Positions 36,501 through 48,522 of a DNA stretch of 64,000 nucleotides are shown here, one piece after another. Under the pieces are notes generated by a model that saw nothing but the letters and a program-made list of their open reading frames with translations, did not search any database and was not told where the DNA came from. Source of the stretch: Epiperipatus broadwayi (lineage: Eukaryota; Animalia; Onychophora); assembly GCA_028023455.1 (NCBI GenBank), contig JAQFVV010000008.1:17546001-17610000 (forward strand), given 5' to 3'. Made by a program: the position numbers and the translations under genes. Numbering within the stretch: position 1 is the stretch's first letter; the number at the start of each line of letters is the position of its first letter.

Positions 36501-38625
36501 CATAATATCATAGAGATGCAAATAATTCAAAAACTGCAGTCTTACCCTGAAAGCACTCACCCTGGACTTTCATGGAATTCCCAGCTTTGTGCTCCTTCAC
36601 CTTAGTCAATTCACTGCACCCATCATTCATAGGATGATTGATGTTCTTTCAGATTTCCAGTTCATTCCCGATCTATACCCAGTGGCATTGGTGCCTTTTT
36701 TAAAAAAACAAGAAAATCCATCCAGCCTGTATAACCTCCGCCCATATCCATGATTCCTTTACTTATCAAAACTATTGAATCCTTAATCAAAGATTTGATT
36801 CAAGATCAACTTTATCAGCATATCTCTAAATATCAATTTGCTCGGAAAGGGGCTTCCACTCTAAATGCCGTTCAATGCTTCTTGTTTATTACAGAACATG
36901 TCCGATTGCATAGAAAGTTCAAACCTTTAGTAATCCAATTAGACTTCTCTTCTGCATTCATCTCTGTAATTCCATCAGCCCTACTCCAAACACTTCAAGA
37001 CTTTCAAGTACCAGAAGTCTACATACACATCATCGGAAATCTCCTGCTTAATCATTCCTGCTTCACCACTCTAGATGGTAGGCTAACTGATGGAATCAGA
37101 CCACATCTGTCGATTCCACAGGGATCCCTGATGGCTACCCTTTGCTTCATTACATATACCAACCCACTCCTCATTGAAATCGAATGCAAATTGCCTGGTA
37201 TCTATGTGCCAGCATTGAAACACCAGGTACATCACCTCTTACATTGACAATGTCTCAATATTCCTTCCTGCTCAAAAGCATCTACAACTACTCCTGCAAA
37301 TCATCGACAAACACATAAAAAATTAAATCTACACATTAATTATAACAAATCCTTAATGTGGACCATAAAATTTGGCTTAACAATTCCATCTATATTCATG
37401 TCCCAACCATAAAAATTTTTAGGTTTTCCCATAGCCAAGTCTAGGTCGGCTATGTCCAAAGAGATCCAGAGCTCTATACTTGAGAAGACTAAAAAGATCA
37501 CAAACTCATTGTCTAGAGTTTCCCTGTCACTCACTGGGAAAACCACCCTACTCAATATGTTAGTTCCAGACTTAGTTATTATCTTCCCATAATAAAACTG
37601 ACCAAATCATTTGAGGCTTCACTGAACCTGCTATTCTCGAAGTTGCTATGAAAGGGAAAAGTGGTCACTGTAAGCATAAGCATCTTTAAAGCACACATGC
37701 CCAAAGACCTAAATGGTCTTGGGCTCCATTCAATTTCTACAGTCTAGCTACAGAAAGCAATCAGGGTCATGAGGGTAACTCACATCAAATACCCAGAGTA
37801 GAATCCATTCTTACCAGTAATTCCTATGGACACTCCTCCCCCCTTCCACAGCAAATGGATGACAGACGTATGGACTTACATAATAAGCATGACAAACCTG
37901 ACAAAACTTGTTTTAGAAATAAAAAAAACATACTGGGAGACATATAAACTCAGACATCCCAATCTTATGGCACTTCAGAACACTCTTGGCCTAAATAACA
38001 AACAGTTAATCTACAAATCAAAAAATTGGTACATTGAACCCAAATTCATTGATTTTCTCTTGAAGCTTAACCTCTCCACTCTGCCAATGAACCCCTTTCT
38101 GGTATGGATGAGAGGCTTCGCTAACTTCAATCCACAGTGTCAATTATGTTCAACAGTGGATGAAACCGTCCCTCACCTATTTCACATCTGTTGTTTCCTC
38201 AGCCCACTCAGATCCTTCATTAGTGAAAGAGTGTCTCTCGACTATAGAGACACTCTCTCCATCCAAAACGCCATCAAGACTGGCATTTACTCAATTATCA
38301 GAATTTCAATGTTTCTCTCCTTTGCAGTCTGGCTTACCAGTGTAAATATATATTTGGTCAAGCAAACTCCAATGTTACTGAAACTTTCATAGGACTATTG
38401 AAGAGTATTTGTATCAGAGATCGCTTACTAACTCCTGACTGGCTACACAAGGAATCGTGGTCCAGAGTTGATTTTGCATTCCTGTTAGTTTCGCATCCCG
38501 GTTTAAAATCAGAACTTTAATAATTTCAAACCTCTGTAGAATTTTTTTTTCAAATGTCTCAATAAATCTTCTTTATTTTAGAAAAAAAAAAATTATTCAG
38601 TACCGTTTTTGATAAAAAAAAAAAA
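27557..38625 (+). mobile_element. L1/Tx1-like LINE (ORF1 with CCHC knuckle, APE, RT, C-terminal finger, polyA), split by a 5.97-kb insert
   Basis: ORF1 starts MASYQK...RSYTAAL at ~27656 and has CFFCDDHTHLVKSC. APE runs from KIGGINVKGLNS (~29.3 kb) to DHLAI (~29.9 kb). RT has LDFSSAF and PQGS. C-terminal CQLC...ETVPHLFHIC. PolyA at ~38614-38625. Candidate TSD AAAGCACAA (27548-27556, 38626-38634) preceded by TTTT. Confidence 0.85.
30028..35997. mobile_element. Unclassified ~5.97-kb insertion inside LINE ORF2
   Basis: Flanked by tgtaacagt (30019-30027) and tgaaacagt (35998-36006). Removing it joins ORF2 as ...YCNSWIVKANCF.... No TIR, LTR, polyA or long ORF seen. Confidence 0.6.
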
Positions 38626-39265
38626 AAAGCACAATAATAAAGATTTACATTTTCTTTTGTTATTGCTTTTCCTGTTCAGGCCAAGTATAAAAACAAAAAA
38701 AAAAATTAATTAACCTCTATAAAAGAAATAGCCAAGACAATATAAAAAAAAGGGAGAGGGGAAAACATAATTCATTATTTTAAATAGAATTCCAGACTAT
38801 ACTGGATTACAAAATTCAAAAGTTTGAGGTTGTGAAAATGTGTATTGTTTAGTTATTAAGGACATTACTTTTTTTGGAGCAAAGTGTGCATTTCTTTTTT
38901 GTGAATGTAGATTGTGGTGAATATATTCCAATAATAATTTTTTTTTGACAATGATTTTATATAATAATCTAACAATTTTTGGCCAAATTGGTATATGTCA
39001 CTTAACAGCAATAAATGGATGTTTTGGTACTGTCAAACATGTTAATATAATAATTTTTAATTTCAATCTCAATAAATTATTTATACACTAAGATTAAATT
39101 TCATATTCATATTGATAATCATAATGATGGCTATTTACAGATAGATAAACAATCCACATTTCTTTCTCTCACACACAGACAAAACACTACATACTGAGAC
39201 TATGTGAGAATAGTTTAAAATCGTACCCACACCAACCTTTAGCTACCTGAGATGTTGGACAATAC

Positions 39266-39711
39266 TTAGTCAAGATTTATATCTAGTACTACTGTAGAAA
39301 TTTGAGGAAATATACATGAATAGCTATATAGGCATACTGTATCAATGCTGGGTTACATTAATAAGTCATGTTACCACACTGTACATAGCTATATATTTAA
39401 AACAAATTAAATTCCAATGGCTAAACAAGATAAAGTAAACACTGAATAGATTAGTACAAATATATATGTATAATAACAATCATTTTGTGTTAAATGTTTT
39501 GTAGGTCACCAACAAACAAAAAACAATGACCTAAACGATGACAAGCTAACCATGGTAATGATCAAAGGTCAAGTACTGTACCAAGAAACCTAAAATAAGA
39601 ATGAGATGATAATGCATAATTTTATTTCTTGAATCGACATTCGCGATACATATAGATTGACAATAATAGGCATACACCGTGAATAAAAAGGATGCCAGGA
39701 AATGACATTAA
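39266..39711 (-). CDS. Three small in-frame exons of an unidentified gene (39676-39711, 39551-39589, 39266/39247-39291)
   Basis: Pyrimidine-rich AG acceptors and GT donors. Spliced translation is NVISWHPFYSR-C-FLVQYLTFDHYH-V-VLDINLD*. No family recognised. Confidence 0.45.
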
Positions 39712-40733
39712 CTATAAAAAGAAAAGGCTATTGTCATTTTTTTTCTCTTAAAAATCATACGCTTGCTATGGGAAGTCAACTCCATTGAAGCAAGAGTTTT
39801 CGAAAACCATCCAAAATGGACACCTTCATTCGAAAAGTTTTAGCCTCAGAAAAATAAGTTTAATATGAGATTTAAGGATGCAAATAAGAGATGTTGCATA
39901 TAAATAAAGCAAGCAAATAAACCCAAGTAGCCAGATAAATTTTTAAAAAAAAATCATTTTAAGCTTCAAAAAAAAAAAAAAAGGAGACCAAGATCCAACG
40001 TTTGACTGAATGAAAACCGGGGAATAAATATATGTATATCCGGTAGCAGATATTAAGATAAGTATATTTTATCATGCTTAAAAGTATTTCTTTCAACTGT
40101 AAACTTATATACATAGGACTAGAACAATGTGTTTTGGCTAGTGCGATTGTTTGTCACAACCCTATGACCATGGAAGTTTAATAGCCATATCTCTACATTT
40201 AAACCACCTGATAATCTTCATGCAGCATGGAATGTCTATGCAAGGGATAAAAGAAAATCAGGAACTGTCGATGCAGAATTGTTCAGAGTATGCCATTGGT
40301 AAGTGGCAATGAGCAATCGATATGTGCAGGGAAGGTATTTGAACTGTAATATTGAACCAATTTTAGCCATTTTATTTTTTCCCCTCATTATACCATGAGA
40401 GATAAAAAAAAACCAACTTTTATTTGTGAGAATAACCAGGCAAATTGATTTTTAGCCCTTATTTGATGAGCTACTAATCTGCGTAACTGTCAATCTTTGA
40501 TTTGAGACAAAATCTAATAATCCATTGGGGGGAGGTTCTGCCTTTATTAATAAGAATAACCACCACTCTCGTTTGATTTAGAAATATTTTTATCAACATG
40601 CCAATAATGTTTGCAGTCAAATTTTTTGATTAATGCCAAAATGTAATGACCTGCAGGGACAAGATTTTGTTGTTTAATTTTTTTTTCCCAGCCCTGGAGG
40701 GGGGGGGAGATTTTATTTTGTTTCATCAGCTGC

Positions 40734-40941
40734 ATCAAATCTGTTGTGTTTAGTCTGGATTATATATATGTGATTTAATAATCACAGACACATGTAAATA
40801 CAAATACGTGTAAATACTGAATATGAAAGCATAATAAATATAATATTAGAAATGTATTTACATGTGTTTATATTTATTTATGTGATTTTGTCATTATTAA
40901 ACCACATACATATAATCCAGACTAAACATAACATATTTGAT
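40734..40941. mobile_element. MITE-like element with ~50-bp terminal inverted repeats
   Basis: atcaaatctgttgtgtttagtctggattatatatatgtgatttaataat pairs with the reverse complement of ~40893-40941 (about 4 mismatches). An inner IR acacatgtaaataca is also present. Confidence 0.7.
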
Positions 40942-40959
40942 CCTTAAGGCTCACCAAGC

Positions 40960-41560
40960 AATCCCTGAGGTGCCAGCTGATCTGGATTTTGACAAGGTAT
41001 TGTCTTTACTAACTAAATTTTTCACTCCAAACCCCCTACCAATAATGCAGAGATACCAGGAGATGGGAAAAAGCTAGAGATTTTGCTATTAAATGAAAAA
41101 AAAAACTAGCTTTAAAATGCAATTTCAAAGATTTCCTTAAAGAAGCTCTTCAAATTCGTCTTATTTGTAGCATGAGAAACCGTAGTCTCAGGGTCAAGTT
41201 TTTAATGGAGCCTGACATAACATTGATTCAGCTCTCTCAAGCAACTCTAGAAGAATCAATAGTTAATTAAGCAAATCCATTGGATTAAAATGTATTATAG
41301 CATTCAAACTGTGGAGCAGAAAACTAGATCAGTCGAACACCCAGATGACAGTAAAAATCATTGTTCGTATACATCAACAATGAGTGAAAAGTGTTGTTAT
41401 AGATGTGATCATTTGATGCATAGCACATACTGAATATTCATACCAGTATACAGTGCATACATATTGCAAGTATGTTCGCCACACATACGATACTTGTTTT
41501 ACATGAAAACAACAAGTTGCTAATATTAGAATGGATGAGTCCATTTCAAAAAGCCAGAAA
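40960..41560 (+). pseudogene. Gypsy (Mag-like) gag relic
   Basis: Reads PADLDFDKVLSLLTKFFTPNP...KLALKCNFKDFLKEALQIRLICSMRN...LMEPDITL and CYRC...H, like the gag at 12.1-12.6 kb. Confidence 0.65.
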
Positions 41561-42622
41561 GGCAATTTAAAATCTAAGAACCAAAAACTTTACTAGGGCC
41601 ATTTACTGTAAATTTGAGCAATCAATGGATTCTAGATATTGAAACTAATAGTCTAGTCTAGCTTTAATTTTTTTATACTAATAAATTAATAGCCTATAAT
41701 TAAAAAAACAATTCTAAGCATTATTTTCTAAATCCATTATTTATCCAAACTTTACGTTAAAATATACACATCCTGGCCTAAGATTAGCTAAGAAGTTTTT
41801 TTTAAAATTTCACTGTATTAAATTGATAGCAATATTAAGCTGAAGATGGGTGCTGTATCCATTTTAAATAAATTTGTTTTGGCATTGAATCCAAAATTCT
41901 CATTGTAAAAAGCAAAAGTCAAAAGCAATCCTGGAGATATAGATAAAATAGCATTATCATGTAGTGTTCATTGATAAAATTTGATTAGATCCAAAGAGAA
42001 AAATGCTCTTGCAAGTATATGCAAATATTCTTTTAATTTGAGAAAGGATTTTGGAGCTAAAGGTCTCTGAAAAAATAAACCCAATTATTATTTTATTCAT
42101 TTGAATTTAAATGCAAAAAGATAGAGAATTTCAATGATACATTGCTTCAAGGGTTAGATGACAACAAAGAGGTAAATTAAATTTCTATCATTTATAGATT
42201 TTAAATGATCAAAATGATATATCATTATCAATTTACATAATATCAAGAAACTAGATTTTATTCTACTATAACTTATAATGATGTAAAGATTATTCATTCT
42301 TATAAATCTCAATAATAATCTACATGTCTAAAAACAGTAATTCATTCTATTTATTCTACTCCAGAGCTATTTATAGTAAGCTTGAGTAATCACTGAATTA
42401 TATGAATATTATTACTACATAACACTATATAACAATATCCCAGGTTAATTTTTGGCTATAGGATGGCTACAAATCCAATACTCATTGCTGAAGAAGAGCA
42501 ACAGTCAGAAACTAGTCTGGAGAATTGAATATAACATTATGGTACTAATTGTCCATTTATTATTTAAGCTTATAATAGATAATTATGGAGTAGAATAAAT
42601 AAAGTGAATTAATTATTACCTA

Positions 42623-42730
42623 AAATGATGTTAGAATAATAATCTGTAATCTAATTTCATCTAATATTTAAAAGCCAAATGATGTTAGAATAATAATCTG
42701 TAATCTAATTTCATCTAATATTTAAAAGCC
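42623..42730. repeat. Perfect 54-bp tandem duplication
   Basis: aaatgatgttagaataataatctgtaatctaatttcatctaatatttaaaagcc occurs twice. Confidence 0.95.
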
Positions 42731-42899
42731 ATATTTTTTATTAAATTATATGACTTTATATTAATAAAAAAATGAAATCAAGCAAAAATTAATTTATATT
42801 CAAAATTGAAATAATTAATTATTGTTGTATTTTTGTAAAAATTACATACAAGTTTGTGCACTCCAGAAAAACTAGAATTTATTCGAGAGATTGTTTTTA

Positions 42900-43700
42900 G
42901 ATCGTGCACTGATAACTGAAGAATTTAATGTAATGGCGATCAACAATTCCAAGAAATATTTGCTGACTGCAAATATTTCTAGATAAGAGACCTTACTTTA
43001 TTGGACAATGTAATTAATTGTTGCAGTTATCAGAAAGCTATAAAAAGAGTATGTAAAAACTACATCAGGTCATTCGAGTGCATCTCTAGTAGACTTTTCT
43101 GTTCAATTCTGGTAGGAGAGATCTCGCGTCAGTGTTTCGTTTAATGTCCAGCACTCAATGGAAATGTAGTTCACGGGTATAGCTGAAAGGGCCCACAGAG
43201 ATTGGGAGACCATAGCCTGAGGAACCGTCCGGATAGCAGCTGAATTAAGAGTTGAGTTTCCAGCGGTTTTCAAGTGGAGTTTACTGGTAGACTGTTGCAG
43301 AGACGGAAACTGTAAGGAGCTTAAGGTTAGTCACAGTTACTATATTTTTTCGAAGCATTTGTGCGCAGCTAAACTGGACTGGGGCTAAGGTGTATGTAAA
43401 CCTAGCCCATTGTGAACCATTTTTGTAGCAGCCAGCCTGAGTCTACATCGAGGGAAGTGAACATTAGCGAACTGTAGAGATAGAGTTGTTGCGGATTATT
43501 CGCTATTCTGATTACTTAAAAATATTGTGAGTCTTTTATTGTATATATTCATTTGCTGGCCACCCAGTCATACTTGCAGACACAGCAATTATAGAAATAT
43601 CTAGTGTTATATCTTAAATATTTGTTATATTTGAATTATAAATTATTATTATGTTTTTATTTAATGTCTAACATCTTAATTGTAAAATTTGTATTTCATA
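42900..43700. repeat. Possible solo LTR (GC/CpG-richer non-coding block with TATA-like ctataaaaag)
   Basis: Compositional contrast only; termini and TSD could not be defined. Confidence 0.25.
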
Positions 43701-44356
43701 AAATATCAGATCTAATTAATACATTATTAATATTAGATTTTTAAAATTTTTTATGAATGATTCCTTGAAAGTGCAAACATTTTCAATATTTACATTTTCT
43801 TTATGATTCAATATAATACGATCAATGAGATAGTTTAATAAAGTTTACAAAACTTTCATTTAGAAAGATAAATAAAATGGGAGATAAAAAATAAATTGTT
43901 AATTAGTTTTCTCAAAACTGAAATCTTCAAATCTAAATTATATTCCATCACTATTTATTGTAATTCTTTTTTCTTTTTTTTTATGTTACTAGAATCATAT
44001 CCCTGATGCTGCTGATCTGGGTTGCAATACTAATGAATTCTTCTTCAAAATATCTCCATTTTTTACTATACAGTTACAATAATTCGACAAATTGTATCTC
44101 TTAAACCATAATTTCTGAAATATATTGCTTTATTTTATCTGTACATAAAAATAATAAAAAAAATATGTTTTGAAAGAAACAAATATAGCAAGTAATAATT
44201 TGTTTTTGAATAAATGACATATGGATTATTAAATATTTTAAAAACATAAATTTATATCATATTAAACAGCACATTGAAGATAAAACTGATAACTTATAAA
44301 ATAGTTTACAAAAGATAGTAGAGATGATAATAATAATAGTTTATTACTTTGGAGTT

Positions 44357-45203
44357 TAATAAACTAAAGATCAGCATTTCAAGCTAATGTACATGTGCTT
44401 TTTTATGAATGTTAATAATAAATGAATATTTTCATTTCCAACATAAAATAAAGTCTTTGCGAAAGAATAGAATGAATCCATCTATTCTTTCAACCCAAAT
44501 GCTTAAATATGGGCAAATCTTAAGCACTGGAAATGAAAGCATGAAGATAAACCAATCACTTTAAATTACTCTTTACCATGTCTGAATAAATGACGCCTAT
44601 GAAATTTTCTAGAATTTACGACACGTCATTCTTAAATGAAACTAAACATATGTAAATGAGATATTTATTTATATAGCGCGAGGTATATAAATTGTAATAA
44701 ACTAAAGATCAGCATTTCAAGCTAATGTACATGTGCTTTTTTATGAATGTTAATAATAAATGAATACTTTCATTTCCAACACAAGATAAAGTCTTTGTGA
44801 AAGAATAGAATGAATCCACCTATTCTTTCAACCCAAATGCTTATATAAATAAATATCTCATTTACATATGTTTAGTTTCATTTAAGAATGACGTGTCGTA
44901 AATTCTAGAAAATTTTGTAGGTGTCATTCATTCAGACATGGTAAAGAGTAATTTAAAGTGATTGGTTTATCTTCACACTTTCATTTCCAGTGCTTAAGAT
45001 TTGCCCATACTTAAGCATTTGGGTTGAAAGAATAGGTGGATTCATTCTATTCTTTCGCAAAGACTTTATCTTGTGTTGGAAATGAAAGTATTCATTTATT
45101 ATTAACATTCATAAAAAAGTGCATGTACATTAGCTTGAAATGCTGATCTTTAGTTTATTACAATTTATATACATTGCACTATATAAATAAATATCTCATT
45201 TAC
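44357..45203. mobile_element. Fold-back element built from the ~340-bp unit; copy 2
   Basis: Full unit 44357-~44695, then ~150 nt of a second unit, then an inverted arm to ~45203. Flanked by ttactttggagttta (44344-44358) and ttactttggaattta (45200-45214). Confidence 0.82.
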
Positions 45204-46134
45204 TTTGGAATTTATAAGTTCAAAGATTGGAAATGATAAAAGTGGGACTTAATCTATAGATCCAGAACTCTATAATCTATCACTCTACCACTATAGCAAA
45301 CCATATAGAACAGTGGAATTTTATGATATGTTATTAAGATAATGGCACATTAAACTTGGTCAGAATTAAGAGTGAAAAATAATAATTTCAGGTGCAAATA
45401 TAAAATAGTAAGAAAAATAAAATAGAAATATTTTTTATAGCAACAATAATATATATATATATTATGCCAGAATTATTTTATAATAAATCTTGATCACTGA
45501 ATGATTCTCCTAATGTATATCTGACATTACATTAATATTAGTAACTAATTCTACATAGACACAATAAATTCTGTTAAAATTGGATGCTGTAATAATTTTG
45601 ATTAATGTTAAGAGAAAACAATGATCAAGTATTTTTTCAATACCTAGTCACAATGTGCCTTCCTTGAACTTATTAAGAGTTAAAATTATTTCGAAGACTC
45701 TTAATTTAAAAGACTTTAAATACTTTTTAACAAATTGTGTATATATACAAAATTCTATATTTGTAAAAGACTTCAAAATATAATCCCCTTGATTAAACAT
45801 TAATTATATATTTATTGCAATTTTAAATTGATCTATATTAAAAAGAGTGTCCATCCTAAACTTGATAATGCAAATAAGAATTATAAATAAAACATATAAA
45901 AAGTATAGAAGAATATTTTGATCCAAATAAGTTTGTCTATGATATAATACATTTACTTTAAGATATTCATACAGAATAAATTATGCTACTTTATTGTTCA
46001 TAATGGTATAAAAAGGAAGAAGTATTCGAGGGGAGGGGGTATTAGTATTGAAATGATTATAGTCTTATATAGAATGATAACTCTAATTTATTTACTAAAT
46101 GTTTTAAAAAATAAAACTTAGCAATAAAAGATTG

Positions 46135-46275
46135 CATTATATATAAGGATATATGGCTTTATTACTCGGGAGTTCATAAGAAATATGAACGCCAGACCTA
46201 CGAGTGCCAGAATCTATTCTGGGACCTCCCAATCTCAAGTCGGACCCTCTACTTACTGTGCCAAACTGCACAGAG
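46135..46275 (-). repeat. tRNA-derived SINE-like sequence
   Basis: The minus strand reads tggcacagtaagtagagggtccgacttgagattgggaggtcccagaatagattctggc: A-box-like start, tRNA-like body and decayed B-box. Weaker relics at ~45243-45302 and ~51488-51535. Confidence 0.55.
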
Positions 46276-47071
46276 CATATAATCTTGTTGAAAAAAAAAA
46301 AAGAAACAGAATTATACATTGTTACTAATATAAATATATGAAATAACAAAGAAAAATTATCCAAAAAGTTTGGATAACAATAGATTTCCAAAACACACAA
46401 TAGAATAAATTTCTGTATAAAAACAAACAAAAAAAAAGAATCAAATATATATATGGCTATGAACTTAAAAAATTTACAAATAGCTTCATAGAATAACTGA
46501 AAGGCAAATTCTAACTAGTGATATGTTGTAGAAAAATATTCTTTGAGTATAAATGACAGTTCATAAAATAAATGATTTAAATAATACATTTTTGAAAATA
46601 GTTTGATAAGAATTAGCATTAGTAATGATTTATCTAGACAAACAGTATTAGAAAATTATTCAAACTTCATATACCAATAAATATATTATTAAAAATTTAT
46701 TTGAATAAAGGATATAAATGTTTCTTAATATGATTTTTATGATTAAATTTATAAAAACATTTTCAACACAAAATCTGAAAAAAAAAAAAAGAACTATAAA
46801 ATATTTTTAAAATGCACTGCATTTATCTTAGTGATGTTATCATCTTAATGTATAGTAAATACAAGAAAAAAGAAAATCATTGTCTCTTCTAGAACATATA
46901 ACATATATACAAATATTAAAGGTGTTTTTTTTATTTTTAAAGAAAAAGAAAATCCTTGATACAAGAATTAACTATAAAACTTAAAAAACAACTGAACTAA
47001 TTTTTATCTAATTCTGTGTCATGTTATTACTTTTTCACAAGTAACTTTAATATAAATATTAAAAAAAACTA

Positions 47072-48522
47072 TTATTTTGTTTGACCATCTAAATTATCTA
47101 ATACAAAAGACAAATGTTCACTTATTATTCCATGCAAGTCTTTTGAAATGCTCATTAAAATTTTGAAGTTATCTTTTATGCTAACTACTCCACATGGAGA
47201 AGCGAGGACATCTGACAAGCTTTTATGAACTTGACTTATTTTTGTAAAAAGATCAGCTTCAATAGGAACAGGTACAAGTTTGCATAAAGTAGTAAAATTT
47301 GATAGCCAATTATAATATTCTTGGCTACTGAAATCTGGGTTTAAAATATAGTAAGAGTCAATAGGAATTTTTAAAACTTGCACAGAATCAACCAATTGAT
47401 TAGAATTCTCTGAAATGTCATTGTCAGCCTTAAGTTTTGCATCAATATTTTTATTAGATGTGCTGTCATCTTTATTAACATCATTAATTTCTCGTAGAGA
47501 CAATTGTAAAGATTCATTTTCAGCTGTGATAAGTAAATCATCAGAACCAGGGTCAGGAATTTCATTATTTGGCTGTACTGGAATATCATCACAATCAAAA
47601 AATGACTGATCAATATTTTGAACAGTTTTATAACGAATACCACATTTAAAAACAAATTTTAAAGAATTATCATTTGGTGTTTTTATAATAGTCACTTCAT
47701 TTAGTTCTGATGCATGTTTTTTATAAAGGTGAGCTTTAAGTTGACCAGCACGTTTGAATCCATCTCCACATAACTGGCAAATAAAAGTCTTAAAGCCATA
47801 ATGTTCTTTTATGTGACGTCGACGACTTGAAGGATCACTAAATCTTACTTGACAAACTGGACATGAATACGGTTTAATTCCTAAGTGAATGACTTTATGC
47901 CTATTTAGATCTGATTGATGAGAAAAACAGCGATTACAAACTGAACATTTAAATGGTTTCTCTCCAGTATGAATTCGCATATGTGAACGCAAATAAATCA
48001 TCTGAGAGAAAGTGCGACCACATTCATTACATGAAAATGGTTGAGAATTGCTATGAGTAATTAAATGTCTTCTAAGGCAGCTAGTTTGCCGGAAAAAGCG
48101 GCTGCATACTGTACACTGATATGGTTTTTCATTTGTATGACGAGCCTGATGTTCTTTTAAAGATACAGCACTGGAAAATCTTTGATCACAAAATTCACAT
48201 AAAAATGGTTTTACTCCAGAATGAGCTTGTTGATGACGATGTAATGTTTCCTTACTTTTAAATCCTTTTTGGCAAATTTGGCAAATAAAAGGACGTTCAT
48301 CAGTATGAGTTCTTAAATGAGTTTTTAAATTGCCTTTTTGAGAAAATTTTTTCCCACATAAATTGCATCGAAAATTAAGACCTGATGTTTTTTTTCCTCT
48401 TCTAATTGGAATTCTTAGAGAAATTTCTTCTGTTTGTGTTTCTGGATTTGATGCTTCAGAAATTTCTTTGCTTAGCTGCAGATCACTCTCTATTTTCATT
48501 GGTGGATATTTTCTTGGGCGAC
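47072..48522 (-). CDS. Terminal exon of a C2H2 zinc-finger protein (AT-hook, 8 tandem fingers, helical C-terminal region)
   Basis: Intact long ORF with eight CxxC...HxxxH fingers and TDERPF/TGEKPF-type linkers. Acceptor ttatttttaaatag at 48523-48524. Begins (G)RPRK. Confidence 0.93.

Noticed and set aside
41780-42070. Copia-like integrase relic
   Set aside because: Only a few residues across frameshifts; too weak to list.
47371-47655. Overlapping ORFs inside the zinc-finger exon (47371-, 47415+, 48406+)
   Set aside because: Alternative or antisense frames of a real CDS, with no independent support.
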